From contig JAGXNO010000018.1 in assembly GCA_019894975.1 (NCBI GenBank), forward strand, positions 1 to 63,578: DNA of 63,578 nt, in the 5' to 3' direction. The notes under the pieces were generated by a model that made no database searches, was not told where the DNA came from, and was given only the letters and a program-made list of their open reading frames with translations. The position numbers and the translations under genes were made by a program. The DNA comes from Promethearchaeota archaeon. Its GTDB lineage: Archaea; Asgardarchaeota; Lokiarchaeia; Sigyniarchaeales; SOKP01. Below, in pieces: positions 19,539 to 30,200 of the stretch (position 1 is the stretch's first letter; each line of letters starts with the position of its first letter).

Positions 19539-21233
19539 TTATTGTTTATTATAAGCTTGTTCTCTTAATTTTCTTCTAAATACTTTTCCAACGGCTGTAC
19601 GGGGTAATACATTCAAAAATTCAACCTGGCGTGGATATTTATAGCCTGCCATTTTTTCTTTTGCCCAATCGATTATGTCTCGTTCGTTGGTTTTATCTTT
19701 AAAATCCGGTTTCAAAACAATATAAGCTTTAATCGTTTCTCCAATATTTGGATCAGGTGCGGGTACTACTCCTACCTCTAAAATAGCGGGGTGTTCATAA
19801 AGTTTTTCTTCAACTTCTCGGGGCATAACTTTATATCCCTTATATTTTATCATGTCTTTTGTGCGTCCTTCAATGTAAAAATACCCATCTTCATCCATTC
19901 TCGCAAGATCACCAGTTCTTAACCATCCATTTACAATTGCTTCTTCTGTTGCCTCAGGATTTTTCCAGTATCCTTTCATTATCTGAGGTCCTCTAATAAG
20001 TAATTCGCCTATTTCTCCTATTGGAAGCTCTTCTAAAGTGTCAGGATTTACAATAATAGAATCAGTTTCGATTATTGGAACGCCTATACTCTCAGATTTT
20101 ATCTCTGGCATCCATGAGGTAGCAGTATGTGTTATTGGTGATGCCTCTGTAAGTCCAAATCCTTGCCCTGGTTTTACTTCTGTCACCTCTTCCCACTTTT
20201 TTGAAATTTCTGGGGGAAGTGCTGCTGATCCAGCACCAGCAGTTTCAAGACTAGATAAATCTCGTTCGGTGAAATCAGGATTATTAACAATCATTTGGAA
20301 CATAACAGGAACACCAACAAAACCTTTTACTTTATAATATTCAATAGCTTCTAATACCTCAGATGCATTAAAGGATGCGAACATGACTAACATCGTAGCT
20401 AAATGCATAGCAATAATAACAACAGTAAAACCAAAAGAATGACACAAGGGGAGAATAGATAAATTCACCCCAACACCATAGACAGTGGGCTCATCTTCCT
20501 CTGGTTCACCTCTCATTAACATTGCACAAAGACAATCTGAAACTAGATTATTGTGAGTTAGCATTACTCCTTTAGGTAATCCCGTTGTGCCACCTGTATA
20601 CAGTAAAGCAGCAATATCATTCATAGGATCAAAATCCACATCTGGACGTTTGGGTGGTTTGCCCTCAATAAATTCTGTCAAGGTAATTGTACCTTCCTTT
20701 CCTTCTTCGGTGCCAATTAAAATTACGTTTTTCAGTTCTACTAGTTTTCTAACCCGTTTTATTGTTCGATATTGATTTTTATGGATGAATACAGTATTGA
20801 TATTTCCAGCGTCTCTAATTATATGCGCTACATCTCCTTCCTTAAGGAGAGCATTGATAGGGACAACAGCAGCACCTGTTTGCATGATACCTAAAAGACA
20901 AAATAAGAATTCTGGACAATTACTTGCCATTACTCCAACAGCGTCACCTTTTTTAATACCTTCACTAGTTAGTGCGTTTGTTATTTTATCTGCTGTATAT
21001 AATAATTCTCTATATGTATACTTTTTATCTGTTGGTTTATAATAAACACATACATTATTAGGGTATTCTTCCGCTCCTTTTCTTATAAATTCATGTACAG
21101 GAATTGGCTCAAATTTTATTGATTTTGGCACGTTATCCGGTCTATATTTAAACCAAGGTCGATTTTTACTTTGAAGATACGACGATTCGTTTTCATAATC
21201 ATACGTAGCTTCCCAATCTGTATAATCTTTCAT
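19539..21233 (-). CDS. fadD: Long-chain fatty acid-CoA ligase
   Basis: YTGGTTGLPKG, GFGLTE, WLRTGD and LPRTAVGK motifs. Confidence 0.9.
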   Translation of the reverse strand: MKDYTDWEATYDYENESSYLQSKNRPWFKYRPDNVPKSIKFEPIPVHEFIRKGAEEYPNNVCVYYKPTDKKYTYRELLYTADKITNALTSEGIKKGDAVGVMASNCPEFLFCLLGIMQTGAAVVPINALLKEGDVAHIIRDAGNINTVFIHKNQYRTIKRVRKLVELKNVILIGTEEGKEGTITLTEFIEGKPPKRPDVDFDPMNDIAALLYTGGTTGLPKGVMLTHNNLVSDCLCAMLMRGEPEEDEPTVYGVGVNLSILPLCHSFGFTVVIIAMHLATMLVMFASFNASEVLEAIEYYKVKGFVGVPVMFQMIVNNPDFTERDLSSLETAGAGSAALPPEISKKWEEVTEVKPGQGFGLTEASPITHTATSWMPEIKSESIGVPIIETDSIIVNPDTLEELPIGEIGELLIRGPQIMKGYWKNPEATEEAIVNGWLRTGDLARMDEDGYFYIEGRTKDMIKYKGYKVMPREVEEKLYEHPAILEVGVVPAPDPNIGETIKAYIVLKPDFKDKTNERDIIDWAKEKMAGYKYPRQVEFLNVLPRTAVGKVFRRKLREQAYNKQ

Positions 21234-21451
21234 AATATATACACTACTTCTTCCTCTTAACTTCTTTTAATTTTGCTTCTTATTTGAGATTTCGTTATAA
21301 GAAACATTAATTCAATTTAGTAATATGAATTTTAATCTTAAAGTATAAAAGTTTTTTCATATAGATTTGCAAAATTTTATAGATGCCATTCAAACTTTTT
21401 ATGCTTAAGTAAATTACTCTTATATTATAATTATTAAGGGAATGAATAAGA

Positions 21452-22366
21452 ATGGATGTTTTCAAAGATAAGAACGTTTTTATTACTGGAGCTGCTAGTG
21501 GGATTGGTCGTTCCTTTGCTCTTGCTTTAGCTGATCTTGAGATGAATCTTTTTATTACAGATATAAACATGGAAAATTTAGAGAATGTTAAAAAAGAATT
21601 AGAAGAGAAAAATGTAATTGTTTATGCTAGTAAATGCGATGTATGCAATTATAAAGAATTTGAAGAAGTCTCTAAAGATTTTCATGAAAAATTGGGTGAT
21701 ATTGACTTACTCATAAACAATGCAGGAATTGCCATTGTTGGGAGTATAGATAATATTATTTTAGAAGATTGGAAAAAGGTATTAGATGTAAACTTATGGA
21801 GTATTGTTCATTCTATTAAAGCATTTTTACCCAATATGCTAAAAAGAGGTTCTGGTCATATTGTAAATATTGCTTCAGGAGCAGGAATTTTTGGTTCAGT
21901 AGAACCTCTTCCCTATATTACCTCAAAATTTGGGGTGGTGGGGCTTACCGAAGCTCTCTTTGCTCGCCTTAAAAAGAGAGGAATAAATGTTTCAGTAATA
22001 GCCCCCACATATATAAAAACGGATATCTTTAAACTTGAATCAGAGAAAATAGCCTACTCTCCAAAACTTTTAGATGATCATAAAAAAGAAAAGATTGATG
22101 AGATTTATAGGGAAATCTTTGAAGAGATAATGAAAAGTGCTATGTCCCCAGATCGAGCAATTAAAAAGTATATTCGAGGAATTAAGAAGAATCAACTGTA
22201 TATCTTTGATGTAATTGCTACCTCACAGATACTTGCTATGAAGGGTAATAATCCTCAACAATACGAAGATTTTTTAGTAATGTATCAAAAAAATCGAGAA
22301 GAACTAATAAAGAAGCATTTTCTTCAGCATGGGATAAATATAGAAGACTATATCGAATCTTATTAA
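21452..22366 (+). CDS. Short-chain dehydrogenase/reductase (SDR 1)
   Basis: TGAASGIG, NNAG, YITSK; Asp after beta-2 suggests NAD(H). Confidence 0.92.
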   Translation: MDVFKDKNVFITGAASGIGRSFALALADLEMNLFITDINMENLENVKKELEEKNVIVYASKCDVCNYKEFEEVSKDFHEKLGDIDLLINNAGIAIVGSIDNIILEDWKKVLDVNLWSIVHSIKAFLPNMLKRGSGHIVNIASGAGIFGSVEPLPYITSKFGVVGLTEALFARLKKRGINVSVIAPTYIKTDIFKLESEKIAYSPKLLDDHKKEKIDEIYREIFEEIMKSAMSPDRAIKKYIRGIKKNQLYIFDVIATSQILAMKGNNPQQYEDFLVMYQKNREELIKKHFLQHGINIEDYIESY

Positions 22367-22415
22367 TTTAATCTAATTTTTATAATAATAATTATAATAT
22401 AGAAAGTACAATATA

Positions 22416-23321
22416 ATGAAAGATTTTAAGGATAAGAATGGATTTATAACTGGCGCCGCTAGCGGAATTGGGCGGTCTTTTGCTCTAGCTTTAGCTAAAC
22501 GGGGTATGAATCTTTACATCACAGATATCAATATGGAAAGTTTAGAGAAGGTTAAATTAGAAATTGAGAAGATAGGGGTAAAAGTTTTCGTATGTAAGTG
22601 TGATGTTTCTAGATATAAAGATTTTGAAAAAGCGGCGAAAGATTTTTATGAGAAATTGGGTGAGTTGGATCTTCTGATCAATAACGCAGGAATTTCTATG
22701 GGTTTTGATTTACTCAATATCGATTTAAAAGTCTGGAAGAGAGTAATGGATGTAAATTTAGGAAGTATAATCCATTCAATAAAAGCATTTTTACCACGCA
22801 TGATAAAAAGAGGTTCAGGTTATATAGCAAATGTAGCCTCAGGAGCAGGCATCTTGGGAATAGCAGAACCAATTCCATATATTGCATCAAAATTTGGAGT
22901 GGTAGGACTCTCAGAGACTTTTTTTGCTCGATTAAAAAATCTCGGTATAAATGTGTCTGTTATTGTGCCAATGTGGATAAAGACAAATATAATTGTTGTT
23001 GATACAGATAAAATTCAGTATCCCCCAAAACTTCTAGAAGATTTTGGAAAAGAAAAATTGGATAAAGCTTATAGCACATTGATGGATGTAATAGCAGAAG
23101 GAGCTATCTCACCAGATGATGCCGTAGAATTCTATATTGAAGGAATTCAGAAGAACCAACTATACATATTTGATAATCCTTATTATTTAGAAGCATTAGA
23201 GATGAAAGGGAAAGATCCCAAACAATATGAGGATCATATCGTAGAAGGATTTACAAACCGAGGTAAAGCCTTTAGGGAACACTTCCATAAACATGGAATT
23301 GATATTGAGAAGTATATGTAA
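22416..23321 (+). CDS. Short-chain dehydrogenase/reductase (SDR 2)
   Basis: TGAASGIG, NNAG, YIASK. Confidence 0.92.
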   Translation: MKDFKDKNGFITGAASGIGRSFALALAKRGMNLYITDINMESLEKVKLEIEKIGVKVFVCKCDVSRYKDFEKAAKDFYEKLGELDLLINNAGISMGFDLLNIDLKVWKRVMDVNLGSIIHSIKAFLPRMIKRGSGYIANVASGAGILGIAEPIPYIASKFGVVGLSETFFARLKNLGINVSVIVPMWIKTNIIVVDTDKIQYPPKLLEDFGKEKLDKAYSTLMDVIAEGAISPDDAVEFYIEGIQKNQLYIFDNPYYLEALEMKGKDPKQYEDHIVEGFTNRGKAFREHFHKHGIDIEKYM

Positions 23322-23334
23322 AAAAGGGAAAAAT

Positions 23335-24231
23335 ATGAAAGATTTAAAAGGAAAAAATTGTTTTATAACGGGTGCGGCTAGCGGAATCGGACGCTCAGTA
23401 GCACTTGAGCTTGCAAGGGAAGGAATGAATCTTTATATAACAGATATTAATGAAGAAGGATTGGCAAATGTCAAAAAAGAAATAGAAGAGATTGGAGTTA
23501 AAGTAATCTCGAGTAAGTGTGATGTCTCAAAATTCGAAGATTGGGAGAAATGTGAAGGAGTTTTTAGGGAAAATCTAGGGGATATTGATCTTTTGGTAAA
23601 TAATGCGGGAATTGCTATAGGTGGGAGTATTTTGCAACTTGAGTTAGAAGATTGGGAAAAAGTACTTGGTGTAAATTTATGGAGTATTATATATTCACTA
23701 AAAACGTTCGTGCCAAGAATGTTAGCAAAAGGCTCGGGACATATAGTAAATGTATCATCTGGGGCAGGGATATTTGGATCACCAGAACCTCTCCCTTATG
23801 TAACAACAAAATTCGCGGTGGTGGGATTATCTGAAGCATTATTTGGTAGTCTAAATGGTATGGGGATAAATGTATCTGTAATCTGTCCTTGGGTTATCGC
23901 GACGAATATTTGGAATATTTCTGAACTGAAAGTTCCACAAAAACTTATAGAAGATGTAGGGGAGGAAAAAATAGAAGAGATGATGAATGAAGTGAGACAA
24001 GGATTCCTTGATATTGCTATATCACCTGATGAGGTTGCAAAGATCTATGTAAAAGAGATTAAAGAGAATAAGTTATACATCTGTGATAATAAAGACTATT
24101 TTAATATTCTGGCATTGAAGGGTAAGCCACAGGAATTTGAAAATGCCCTTAAAATGATTCATGCTGAACGTACTAAAAATATGAGAGATAGGTACAGCAA
24201 GATGGGTATTAATATTGATGATTATAGATAA
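23335..24231 (+). CDS. Short-chain dehydrogenase/reductase (SDR 3)
   Basis: TGAASGIG, NNAG, YVTTK. Start moved to ATG 23335 (MKDLKGK) by paralog alignment. Confidence 0.92.
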   Translation: MKDLKGKNCFITGAASGIGRSVALELAREGMNLYITDINEEGLANVKKEIEEIGVKVISSKCDVSKFEDWEKCEGVFRENLGDIDLLVNNAGIAIGGSILQLELEDWEKVLGVNLWSIIYSLKTFVPRMLAKGSGHIVNVSSGAGIFGSPEPLPYVTTKFAVVGLSEALFGSLNGMGINVSVICPWVIATNIWNISELKVPQKLIEDVGEEKIEEMMNEVRQGFLDIAISPDEVAKIYVKEIKENKLYICDNKDYFNILALKGKPQEFENALKMIHAERTKNMRDRYSKMGINIDDYR

Positions 24232-24253
24232 ATTTAAATAAGGAGTTAAGATT

Positions 24254-25117
24254 ATGAAAGAATTTAAAGACAAAGTGGCCGTGATTACCGGAGCCGGAAG
24301 TGGTATTGGTTTTGCTCTGGCTGAGCGTTGTGCAAAGGAAGGGATGAAAGTAGTGTTTGCAGATATTGATGAGAAATTCTTAAGAAAAGCAGAAAGGAAG
24401 ATGAAAAGGCTTGAAGCGGATGCTATCACCGTTTTGATTGATGTTTCAAAGGTTAGTGATATTGAAAAATTAGCAAAAAAGACGCTTGAAACTTATGGAG
24501 CAGTTCATCTTTTGGTAAATAATGCAGGAATTGGTAATACCAAATACACATGGAATTATACATTAAAAGATTGGGAGTATCAATTGGGTGTGAATCTTTG
24601 GGGAGTGATTAATGGTGTTAGACTTTTTTTACCGATTATGTTGAAACAAGATGAAGAATGCCATATTGTAAATGTAGCATCGATGGAAGGATTATTTTCG
24701 GGTTCTGGTCCTGGAGGTGCTATTTATGGTGTATCTAAGCATGGAGTAATCTCTTTAAGTGAAACATTACGAACTGATTTAGAAATGAAAGGAAGCAAAA
24801 CTAAAGTTTCAGTTGTATGTCCGGGATTTGTTAATACAAGAATCTTGTTTGGTGACACTCATCGTTCGGAAAAATATCAGAATCTTCCAAGTGAAGAAAG
24901 TGAAGATACAAGGGGAGAAGACTTTTTTGCCAGATTTGGAACAGAAGCTGAAGAATTGTTGAAGCAGACAAGAATTATACCCTCCGAAGAAGCAGCAGAT
25001 ATCATTTTTCAAGCGATTAAAGAGGATAAATTTTACATTCTCACCCATAAAGATGCCCTCATGAAGAGACTTGTAAAGGAAAGATTTGATGAAATTCTTG
25101 AGGAGTTTGAATCCTAA
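24254..25117 (+). CDS. Short-chain dehydrogenase/reductase (SDR 4)
   Basis: TGAGSGIG, NNAG, YGVSK; AGGAG SD. Confidence 0.92.
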   Translation: MKEFKDKVAVITGAGSGIGFALAERCAKEGMKVVFADIDEKFLRKAERKMKRLEADAITVLIDVSKVSDIEKLAKKTLETYGAVHLLVNNAGIGNTKYTWNYTLKDWEYQLGVNLWGVINGVRLFLPIMLKQDEECHIVNVASMEGLFSGSGPGGAIYGVSKHGVISLSETLRTDLEMKGSKTKVSVVCPGFVNTRILFGDTHRSEKYQNLPSEESEDTRGEDFFARFGTEAEELLKQTRIIPSEEAADIIFQAIKEDKFYILTHKDALMKRLVKERFDEILEEFES

Positions 25118-25169
25118 TTTTTTTGAATTCAAAATTTAGTAGAATATTTGGTATATAATTGTAACCTAA

Positions 25170-26189
25170 TTAAGGTTTTATCAATACTTTTACAGATTCT
25201 TCAATATTACACTGAGTTTCAAAAGCCTCTTTAGCTTGGTCTACTGAGAATTCATGTGATAGAATTTTTGATCGATCTACCTGTTTATTCTCAATTAATT
25301 TTATGCTTTTTTTCATTTCCAAAGGGGTAAACCCAAACGATCCAATAACTTTTACTTGTTTTGCAATCATAAAGGTTAAATCCAATTTTACGCTTTCCTC
25401 GAATATGCCGTGAACAACGACAGTGCCAGTATATGATCGAGCCATATTAATAGCTTGTTGAAGGACTAATGGTGCTTTCTGATCTTTTATGTATCCTACA
25501 CAATCATAAACAATATCAACTTTTGGCATTGGAAATATTGCTGGACCAAATGTGGGCATAGAACCTACAATTTCCATAATTTTTGAAGGGACACTTTCAG
25601 TTTTAGCATTGATGATTTCATTAGCACCTAACTCTTTTGCTAGTTTTAAACGAGAATCCGATAGATCTATGATAACAAGTTTATTCGGCTTAATACCAAG
25701 CGCTTTCAAGCATTGGATTATACCAAGACCTATTGTTCCTGCACCATAAATAACAATATTCGCACCATTAAATGGTTTACCCTTCATCAGCGCATGGTAT
25801 GAATTTGCTAACGGTTCAAGCGTTGCTGCTGCTTCATACCCTACACTAGATGGTAATTTATACACATTATAACCATATGTAATAGGGATAGGAACATATT
25901 CAGCCATACCGCCATTTGAAAGGGCCACAACCCGATCACCAACCTTAAATTTTTTAATATTCTTACCTACTTCTACAATTTCACCACTATATTCATGACC
26001 GGGGATTCCTCCCTTCTTTAAAGGTCTAGTAAGCATTGGAGAATAGAGATTTAATTTATACATATGTAAATCTGAGCCGCAAATCCCACAAGCTTTAACG
26101 TTTATAAGAATCTCATTATCTTGGATCTTAGGCTTTTCCACTTCTTCTGTTCTGATGTCTTTTATTCCATAAAAAACTGCAGCTTTCAT
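25170..26189 (-). CDS. Zn-dependent medium-chain alcohol dehydrogenase lacking the structural-Zn lobe
   Basis: CGICGSD, GHE and GAGTIG present. The 4-Cys lobe is absent between GDRV and GGMAEY. Confidence 0.9.
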   Translation of the reverse strand: MKAAVFYGIKDIRTEEVEKPKIQDNEILINVKACGICGSDLHMYKLNLYSPMLTRPLKKGGIPGHEYSGEIVEVGKNIKKFKVGDRVVALSNGGMAEYVPIPITYGYNVYKLPSSVGYEAAATLEPLANSYHALMKGKPFNGANIVIYGAGTIGLGIIQCLKALGIKPNKLVIIDLSDSRLKLAKELGANEIINAKTESVPSKIMEIVGSMPTFGPAIFPMPKVDIVYDCVGYIKDQKAPLVLQQAINMARSYTGTVVVHGIFEESVKLDLTFMIAKQVKVIGSFGFTPLEMKKSIKLIENKQVDRSKILSHEFSVDQAKEAFETQCNIEESVKVLIKP

Positions 26190-26330
26190 ATTTTATCACA
26201 TAGTTGACATTCAATTTGAAAAAGAATTATCTATTATTTGTTAATTTATCTCAAGAATTATTTATAACTATGGATTTTCAAAATCACACCAAGAAACAAT
26301 CTTTTTATGTTATACCGTTAAATAAATACT

Positions 26331-27170
26331 ATGAAAGATTTTAAAGATAAAGTTGCGGTAATAACGGGGGCTGCTAGCGGTATAGGACAAGCACTTGCTT
26401 ATCAGTGCGGCAAAGAAGGGATGAAAGTAGTCATTTCTGATATTGATGAGAAACGTCTTAGAAGAACTGAACGAAAATTAAAAAGAGAAGGAACAGTTGT
26501 CTTATCGGTAATAACAGATGTTTCTAAACACGGGGATATCGAAGATTTAGCAAAAAAAACACTAGACGCTTTCGGAGCAGTACATCTTTTATTTAATAAT
26601 GCTGGAGTTGCATTGCCCAAACTTACCTGGGAATATGAATTGGATGATTGGGACTTTGTCCTAGGGATCAATTTGATGGGTGTAATCTATGGAATTCGAA
26701 CTTTTATCCCACAAATGATCAAACAAGACACTGAATGTCATGTTGTGAATATATCATCTATTGAGGGATTACTGTACAACGGTGTAGGTGGTGCTACCTA
26801 TGGTGTATGCAAACACGCCCTTGTTTTCCTTTCGGAGAGATTAACACAAGAATTAGAAGAAAATGACCATAAAATAAAAGTATCTGTAGTTTGTCCGGGA
26901 TTTGTAATGACAAATATCTTCATGTCTTCAATAAACCGTCTTCCTGAAGAAGCTAGAGATGGGTTCTTTCAATCGGAGATGGATGAGGAAACTATGGAAA
27001 ATCTCCAAGAGTTTCTTGAACAATCTCCTGGTAAAACGCCCGAAGAAGTCGCAGATATCGTATTCCAAGGAATAAAAGATGAAAAACTTTATATTTTAAC
27101 TCATAAACAGCCAATTCTAAAAGATATGCTGAAAGAAAGATATGATGCAATACTAAAGGCTTTTGATTAA
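26331..27170 (+). CDS. Short-chain dehydrogenase/reductase (SDR 5)
   Basis: TGAASGIG, NNAG, YGVCK; closest to SDR 4. Confidence 0.92.
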   Translation: MKDFKDKVAVITGAASGIGQALAYQCGKEGMKVVISDIDEKRLRRTERKLKREGTVVLSVITDVSKHGDIEDLAKKTLDAFGAVHLLFNNAGVALPKLTWEYELDDWDFVLGINLMGVIYGIRTFIPQMIKQDTECHVVNISSIEGLLYNGVGGATYGVCKHALVFLSERLTQELEENDHKIKVSVVCPGFVMTNIFMSSINRLPEEARDGFFQSEMDEETMENLQEFLEQSPGKTPEEVADIVFQGIKDEKLYILTHKQPILKDMLKERYDAILKAFD

Positions 27171-28207
27171 GTTTCTTTTAGAAAGTAGAGTTTATTATTT
27201 TTTTCAATTCTTTTTATTTTCCCTTGGTTTTCCAAATAAATTAGATGACTTAGTACTTCACTAAGAGCTAGCAGTGTGTTTAATCCATCTAGATCTTCTC
27301 CGAAGTGAATTTGTGAAATTCTGTAAGGAGTTAAAGCATTATTTTCAATTACTTTTGAAACTTCAGATAACCGATTATCATGATGTTGTTTCATTTCTAA
27401 GATTCTTTGATGAGGATTATAAATTATCTCTTGATGTGCGGGAAATATTATTTTGGGATCCAGTTTATCAATTTTATCTAAGGATTTCAAATATAGGTCT
27501 AAAATATTTGTGAAATCAAATTTTTTTTCAATTATAGGGTTTATCCTAGAAGTGCCTATATTAGGAGTAATTCTTGAAAGGATATGATCTCCTGCAAATA
27601 GATGACGATTACTTTCCTCAAACACACAGATATGTCCTAAACTATGGCCTGGTGTCCAGATAAATTTTAGGTTAGTTGAATCAAATTTAATTTCATCGTT
27701 ATCGTTTAAAATTCTGTCCGGTTTAATATAAGGTATCATTCTATGCATATTTGTTGAAAAACCAAACATAGTTTTTGCCATTTCTTCAGTAATTCCGTAT
27801 TTCATTGTAAGGGACTTTAATTCATCAGCAGAATTTTTAATTTCATCTTCATTTTTAGGATCAGTCATCCATTTTATTGTATCATGAGTGATTTCATGCA
27901 TTAATACTTGAATATCGGGATTCTTATGTTTGATTTCTTCCATTAAGCCTACGTGGTCTGGATGATCGTGGGTAATAATAAGGTAATCAATGTCATTGAT
28001 TGATAGATTTAGTTTTTTTAGCTCAGAAAAGAATTTTCTCTTCCAATCAGGGAAATTTAAACCAGCATCGACTAGGATATGGGTATCATCAATTTTAAAT
28101 AGATACATGCACACAAATCGCAATCCAAATGAAGAGGGAAAATCAATCTGAAATCGGTATACCCCATCGATTTCACTGACTTCAGAGTTTATCTTATAGG
28201 AAAACAG
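27167..28207 (-). CDS. Metallo-beta-lactamase fold hydrolase
   Basis: THDHPDHVG, TPGHSLGH, AGDH and PAH. The frame stays open upstream of the listed TTG (28123) through EIDGVYRFQIDFP; probable start is CTG at 28207. Confidence 0.88.
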   Translation of the reverse strand: MFSYKINSEVSEIDGVYRFQIDFPSSFGLRFVCMYLFKIDDTHILVDAGLNFPDWKRKFFSELKKLNLSINDIDYLIITHDHPDHVGLMEEIKHKNPDIQVLMHEITHDTIKWMTDPKNEDEIKNSADELKSLTMKYGITEEMAKTMFGFSTNMHRMIPYIKPDRILNDNDEIKFDSTNLKFIWTPGHSLGHICVFEESNRHLFAGDHILSRITPNIGTSRINPIIEKKFDFTNILDLYLKSLDKIDKLDPKIIFPAHQEIIYNPHQRILEMKQHHDNRLSEVSKVIENNALTPYRISQIHFGEDLDGLNTLLALSEVLSHLIYLENQGKIKRIEKNNKLYFLKET

Positions 28208-28447
28208 GATAATCCATCCATTTAGTTAATCTTTGAATGTAAATTTACTAAGCAATTTTTAGTTTGTCATTTTATCTTTTCAACTTTGTCATAAAAACCA
28301 TAAATTGATTATCAGAACAAATAGAATATATAAAAGAAATTTGATAATTTTATAAGTTCTACTTATTTTACCAAATAAATTATTTTAGTAAATTTTTTGA
28401 ATTAACAACACATATACTAATATAGAATTTATTTAAAGGAAATTACT

Positions 28448-28834
28448 ATGAAAAGTATTCAAGAAAGTCTGATTACACGTGTAATTGCACCCGCTAGAGT
28501 TGATAATAAGATTAACGCTCTAAAGTGTAATACATGTGGTAATATTAGATATCCGCAAAGAACTTATTGCAATAGATGCCAAGGTACAGATTTTTCTCCT
28601 ATATTATTTGAACCTAAAGGCGAGGTTATAACATTTTCGTCAACTTACAAGAAGAAGGCTACGGATAAGCAACGAGTTTTTGGATCTGCGAGACTCTATA
28701 CCGCAGATGGGAAAGATTCCATTGGAGTAAGTGGCACTTTTGATGTGGAAGGTATCGATGATTTAAAAATTGGGGATAAAGTCGAATTAGTCCCAAATGA
28801 CCAATATAATATATTTAAAAAAATAGAGGAATAG
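28448..28834 (+). CDS. DUF35 Zn-ribbon/OB-fold protein (thiolase partner)
   Basis: CNTCG...YP..YCNRC followed by an OB fold (GEVITFS...LKIGDKV); 4 bp upstream of a thiolase. Confidence 0.88.
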   Translation: MKSIQESLITRVIAPARVDNKINALKCNTCGNIRYPQRTYCNRCQGTDFSPILFEPKGEVITFSSTYKKKATDKQRVFGSARLYTADGKDSIGVSGTFDVEGIDDLKIGDKVELVPNDQYNIFKKIEE

Positions 28835-28838
28835 AAAA

Positions 28839-30059
28839 ATGAATAAAGTCGCAGTAGTAGGTGCGGGAATGTCTCCCTTTGGAAGACTCGATGCACTCTT
28901 GTATCAAGAAATTGGAAGACCTGCTGTTAATGATGCTATTGAAAATGCCGGAATTGATCGTAAATTGGTCGAAAGTTGTTATTATGGTAGTTGTGGAGGA
29001 GTTGGTGTTGGCCATGAAATTATGAGTGAAGCAGGAATGATCGGAATTCCGATTACGAGAGTGGTAAACGCTTGCTCATCTGGTTCTAATGCTTTCCGAT
29101 TAGCTTTTATGGACATAGCTTCAGGAATGAGTGACTGTGTAATGGCCATGGGAATCGAAAAGATGAAAGATGTATCTATGGGTATGGTTGGAGGTGGAAC
29201 CCGGTTTCAAATTGAAGCAAAAGCTTTTAGCCATGGTTCCCCAATGCCAGGTGGTGGCGGCGGTGGAATGCCTGCAGGTTTTGCCTTTATGGGAAGAGCT
29301 CATATGAAAGAATATGGTTCAACAAAAGAAGATTTTGCAAATATAGTAGTAAAGAGTAGAAGAAATGGCGCAAAGAATTCTAAAGCAGAATTTCAAAATA
29401 AAATGACCTTAGATGAGGTCTTAGATGATGTCATGATAAATGATCCACTAACCAGATCGCAATGTTGCCCCCGTACAGATGGAGCTGCAGCTGTGGTGTT
29501 GATGAGCGAGGATTTTGTCAAAAAACATAATATTGAAACTCCTATTTGGGTTAAGGGGAGTGCCATGGGAAGTAATATGGGTGGAGCAAATGAGAGACGC
29601 TTTTATCAAGAAACTGGTAGTTGGTATGGCCCAGGAATAGTCACTGATTATTTTACGGCACAGCAAGTATATAAAATGGCCAAAGTTGAACCTAAAGACT
29701 TCTATGATAGAGGATTTGTTGAGTGTCATGACTGCTTCTCAGTTTCAGAGCTTGTTCATTATGAAGATTTCGGCTTCTGTAAAAAAGGTGAAGGTTCTGC
29801 CATGATAAACGATGGGGTGGTAGAAATTGATGGGGATCTTCCAGTTAACCCTAGTGGTGGTTTATTATCTGTTGGTCATCCCCTTGGAGCGACAGGCACA
29901 CGACAAGTAGCTGAAATCTTTTGGCAAATGACAAAAGATAAGGAAGTTGCAAAACGTCAAGTACCAGATAAACATCTTGAGCTTGGTCTTCAGCATACTT
30001 TAGGACAACCTGGATTGGGTTTCACTAACGTAATGCATGTCTTTTCACGAGATCTCTAA
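28839..30059 (+). CDS. SCPx-type thiolase (thiolase A)
   Basis: NACSSG, HDCF and NPSGG..GHPLGATG motifs. Confidence 0.9.
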   Translation: MNKVAVVGAGMSPFGRLDALLYQEIGRPAVNDAIENAGIDRKLVESCYYGSCGGVGVGHEIMSEAGMIGIPITRVVNACSSGSNAFRLAFMDIASGMSDCVMAMGIEKMKDVSMGMVGGGTRFQIEAKAFSHGSPMPGGGGGGMPAGFAFMGRAHMKEYGSTKEDFANIVVKSRRNGAKNSKAEFQNKMTLDEVLDDVMINDPLTRSQCCPRTDGAAAVVLMSEDFVKKHNIETPIWVKGSAMGSNMGGANERRFYQETGSWYGPGIVTDYFTAQQVYKMAKVEPKDFYDRGFVECHDCFSVSELVHYEDFGFCKKGEGSAMINDGVVEIDGDLPVNPSGGLLSVGHPLGATGTRQVAEIFWQMTKDKEVAKRQVPDKHLELGLQHTLGQPGLGFTNVMHVFSRDL

Positions 30060-30200
30060 ATTTTATAATTTTTTATTTAATTTTCTTTTGTTTTCTATTT
30101 TTGAATTCCCTATTATTCAAAATCTATAAATAGAATTCTATCTAATTGTATCTCTAACCATAATAGATTGAAAAAGTAAAAGTTAAAGTGAAAACTTGAA

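Noticed and set aside
27167-27170. Convergent genes sharing a TTAA stop overlap
   Set aside because: Real but common in compact AT-rich genomes.
28448-30059. DUF35-thiolase as an Ltp2-type aldolase or the mevalonate-pathway thiolase complex
   Set aside because: The catalytic Cys (NACSSG) is retained, unlike Ltp2, and no HMG-CoA synthase is adjacent.
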